This document shows positions 63,487 through 64,000 of a DNA stretch of 64,000 nucleotides, in pieces; position 1 is the first letter of the stretch, and every line of letters starts with the position of its first letter. The notes below the pieces were generated by a model. It saw only the letters and a list, made by a program, of their open reading frames with translations. It had not been told where the DNA came from and did not search any database. A program made the translations under genes and the position numbers. The stretch is from Thermodesulfovibrio yellowstonii (lineage in GTDB: Bacteria; Nitrospirota; Thermodesulfovibrionia; Thermodesulfovibrionales; Dissulfurispiraceae): NCBI GenBank assembly GCA_020724365.1, contig DYHD01000002.1:393-64392 (forward strand), in the 5' to 3' direction.

Positions 63487-64000
63487 TTAGAATTCTACTG
63501 ACATGCCAACAAGAAAGTTTCTCTTGGGTGAGGGATAATATGACTTCTCAAGTGGGAAGCCCCCTATCACACCATATTCAGAATACTCTTTATTAGTAAT
63601 ATTATTGATATCCACGAATAATAGAATGTTTCTCCACTGATATTTGAGCTTGGTATTTATTATGAAAAAGCTTTCTTGCTTATCATAATCATTTGAAAAA
63701 TCACTGATGAAAGGTCTTGCCCCTACATATAAGCCATTTGCTGAAATAGTGAAGCCTTTGCTTACAACAGCAGATGCTTCTATAGATGCCTTATGTCTTG
63801 GGACATTTGGGATATCTTTACCTGCAAAAGATCCGCTCTCAATAGAGGCATCGGTAAATGTATAACCACCTTTCAGAAATAGCCATTCAATAGGTTTTAT
63901 AAATAGTGTTGCTTCAATGCCTTCTCTTTTAGTACTGCCGTCAAGATTTTCATTATTATATGTTATAGGGTTGAATATAATCTCTTGTTTGGTATCTATT
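63487..64000 (-). CDS. TonB-dependent outer-membrane receptor, C-terminal ~170 aa; the 5' part lies beyond the window end
   Basis: Not in the ORF track (no Met in the window). I translated the minus frame by hand and it is stop-free from 63999 to TAA 63487-63489. It ends with '...NITNKEYSEYGVIGGFPLEKSYYPSPKRNFLVGMSVEF', an aromatic-terminal beta-barrel signature. The stop lies 1 nt from the binding-protein start. Confidence 0.75.
   Translation of the reverse strand, partial: IDTKQEIIFNPITYNNENLDGSTKREGIEATLFIKPIEWLFLKGGYTFTDASIESGSFAGKDIPNVPRHKASIEASAVVSKGFTISANGLYVGARPFISDFSNDYDKQESFFIINTKLKYQWRNILLFVDINNITNKEYSEYGVIGGFPLEKSYYPSPKRNFLVGMSVEF

Noticed and set aside
1-64000. Searched for mobile-element or defence hallmarks (transposase, integrase, reverse transcriptase, toxin-antitoxin pairs, restriction-modification) and for rRNA/tRNA genes.
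   Set aside because: None was recognised in any listed ORF or intergenic region. Apart from the cas operon, the window reads as core chromosome.

Overview
64-kb chromosomal window from an AT-rich diderm anaerobe. Supporting genes: lptCAB-rpoN-hpf-rapZ, tungsten-type aldehyde:ferredoxin oxidoreductase, an NrfD/cytochrome c module and anaerobic cbi genes. The taxon cannot be fixed from sequence alone. Layout: (1) 1-7.3 kb holds the 3' part of a type III CRISPR-Cas effector operon, with cas10 truncated by the window edge, then Cas7, a Cas5/Csx10-like protein with a helical tail, a double Cas7, a small Csx19-like ORF and a Cas7 with a large insertion. This is a III-D-variant-like architecture with partial subunit fusion. 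No CRISPR array, cas6 or adaptation genes occur anywhere in the window. (2) 7.6-10.7 kb (minus strand) is an ArsR / DsrE-F-H-like / TDT(TehA)-like membrane protein / DsrE2-like operon. Two genes carry in-frame TGA codons followed by hairpins, so they are candidate selenoproteins. A cysteine desulfurase is divergent from it. This is my top candidate for an undescribed chalcogen (S/Se) relay-transport system. (3) 12-15.7 kb has an NrfD / tetrahaem cytochrome c / 4x[4Fe-4S] membrane redox module without a catalytic subunit, plus a divergent XRE regulator with a Cys/Trp-rich domain and repeated palindromic operators. (4) 16-28.7 kb is housekeeping: nnr, yraN, a Toprim protein, a class IV aminotransferase, LysR, aroE, lptCAB, rpoN, hpf, rapZ, a 4-OT tautomerase and a CooC-like ATPase. 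(5) 28.7-38 kb (minus strand) is a sigma-54 controlled alcohol/aldehyde block: Fe-ADH, PAS histidine kinase, NtrC-type regulator, a -24/-12 promoter, a second Fe-ADH, aor, a MoaD/ThiS-like GG protein, a ThiF/MoeB-like E1 and an unknown 213-aa ORF. (6) 38-44 kb has ogt, a DinG-like helicase, a cytidylyltransferase-family protein and a hybrid histidine kinase. (7) 44-58.8 kb has an O-methyltransferase divergent from a cobalamin riboswitch. The riboswitch heads a 13.4-kb operon: ThiC paralogue (probable BzaF), cobU, cobT, cobS, cobC, cobQ, cbiB, cobD, cbiA, a cbiX-cbiC fusion and cbiMNQO. (8) 59-64 kb has trxA, ffh and a minus-strand B12/siderophore-type uptake operon, with the TonB-dependent receptor truncated by the window edge, then a binding protein, permease and ATPase. 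Several repeat families are scattered through intergenic DNA and some coding DNA: GTCATTSCGAG-type palindromes, a CACAGAG hairpin element present in two near-identical inverted copies, and tandem heptanucleotide repeats. No rRNA, tRNA, transposase, integrase or CRISPR array was recognised.
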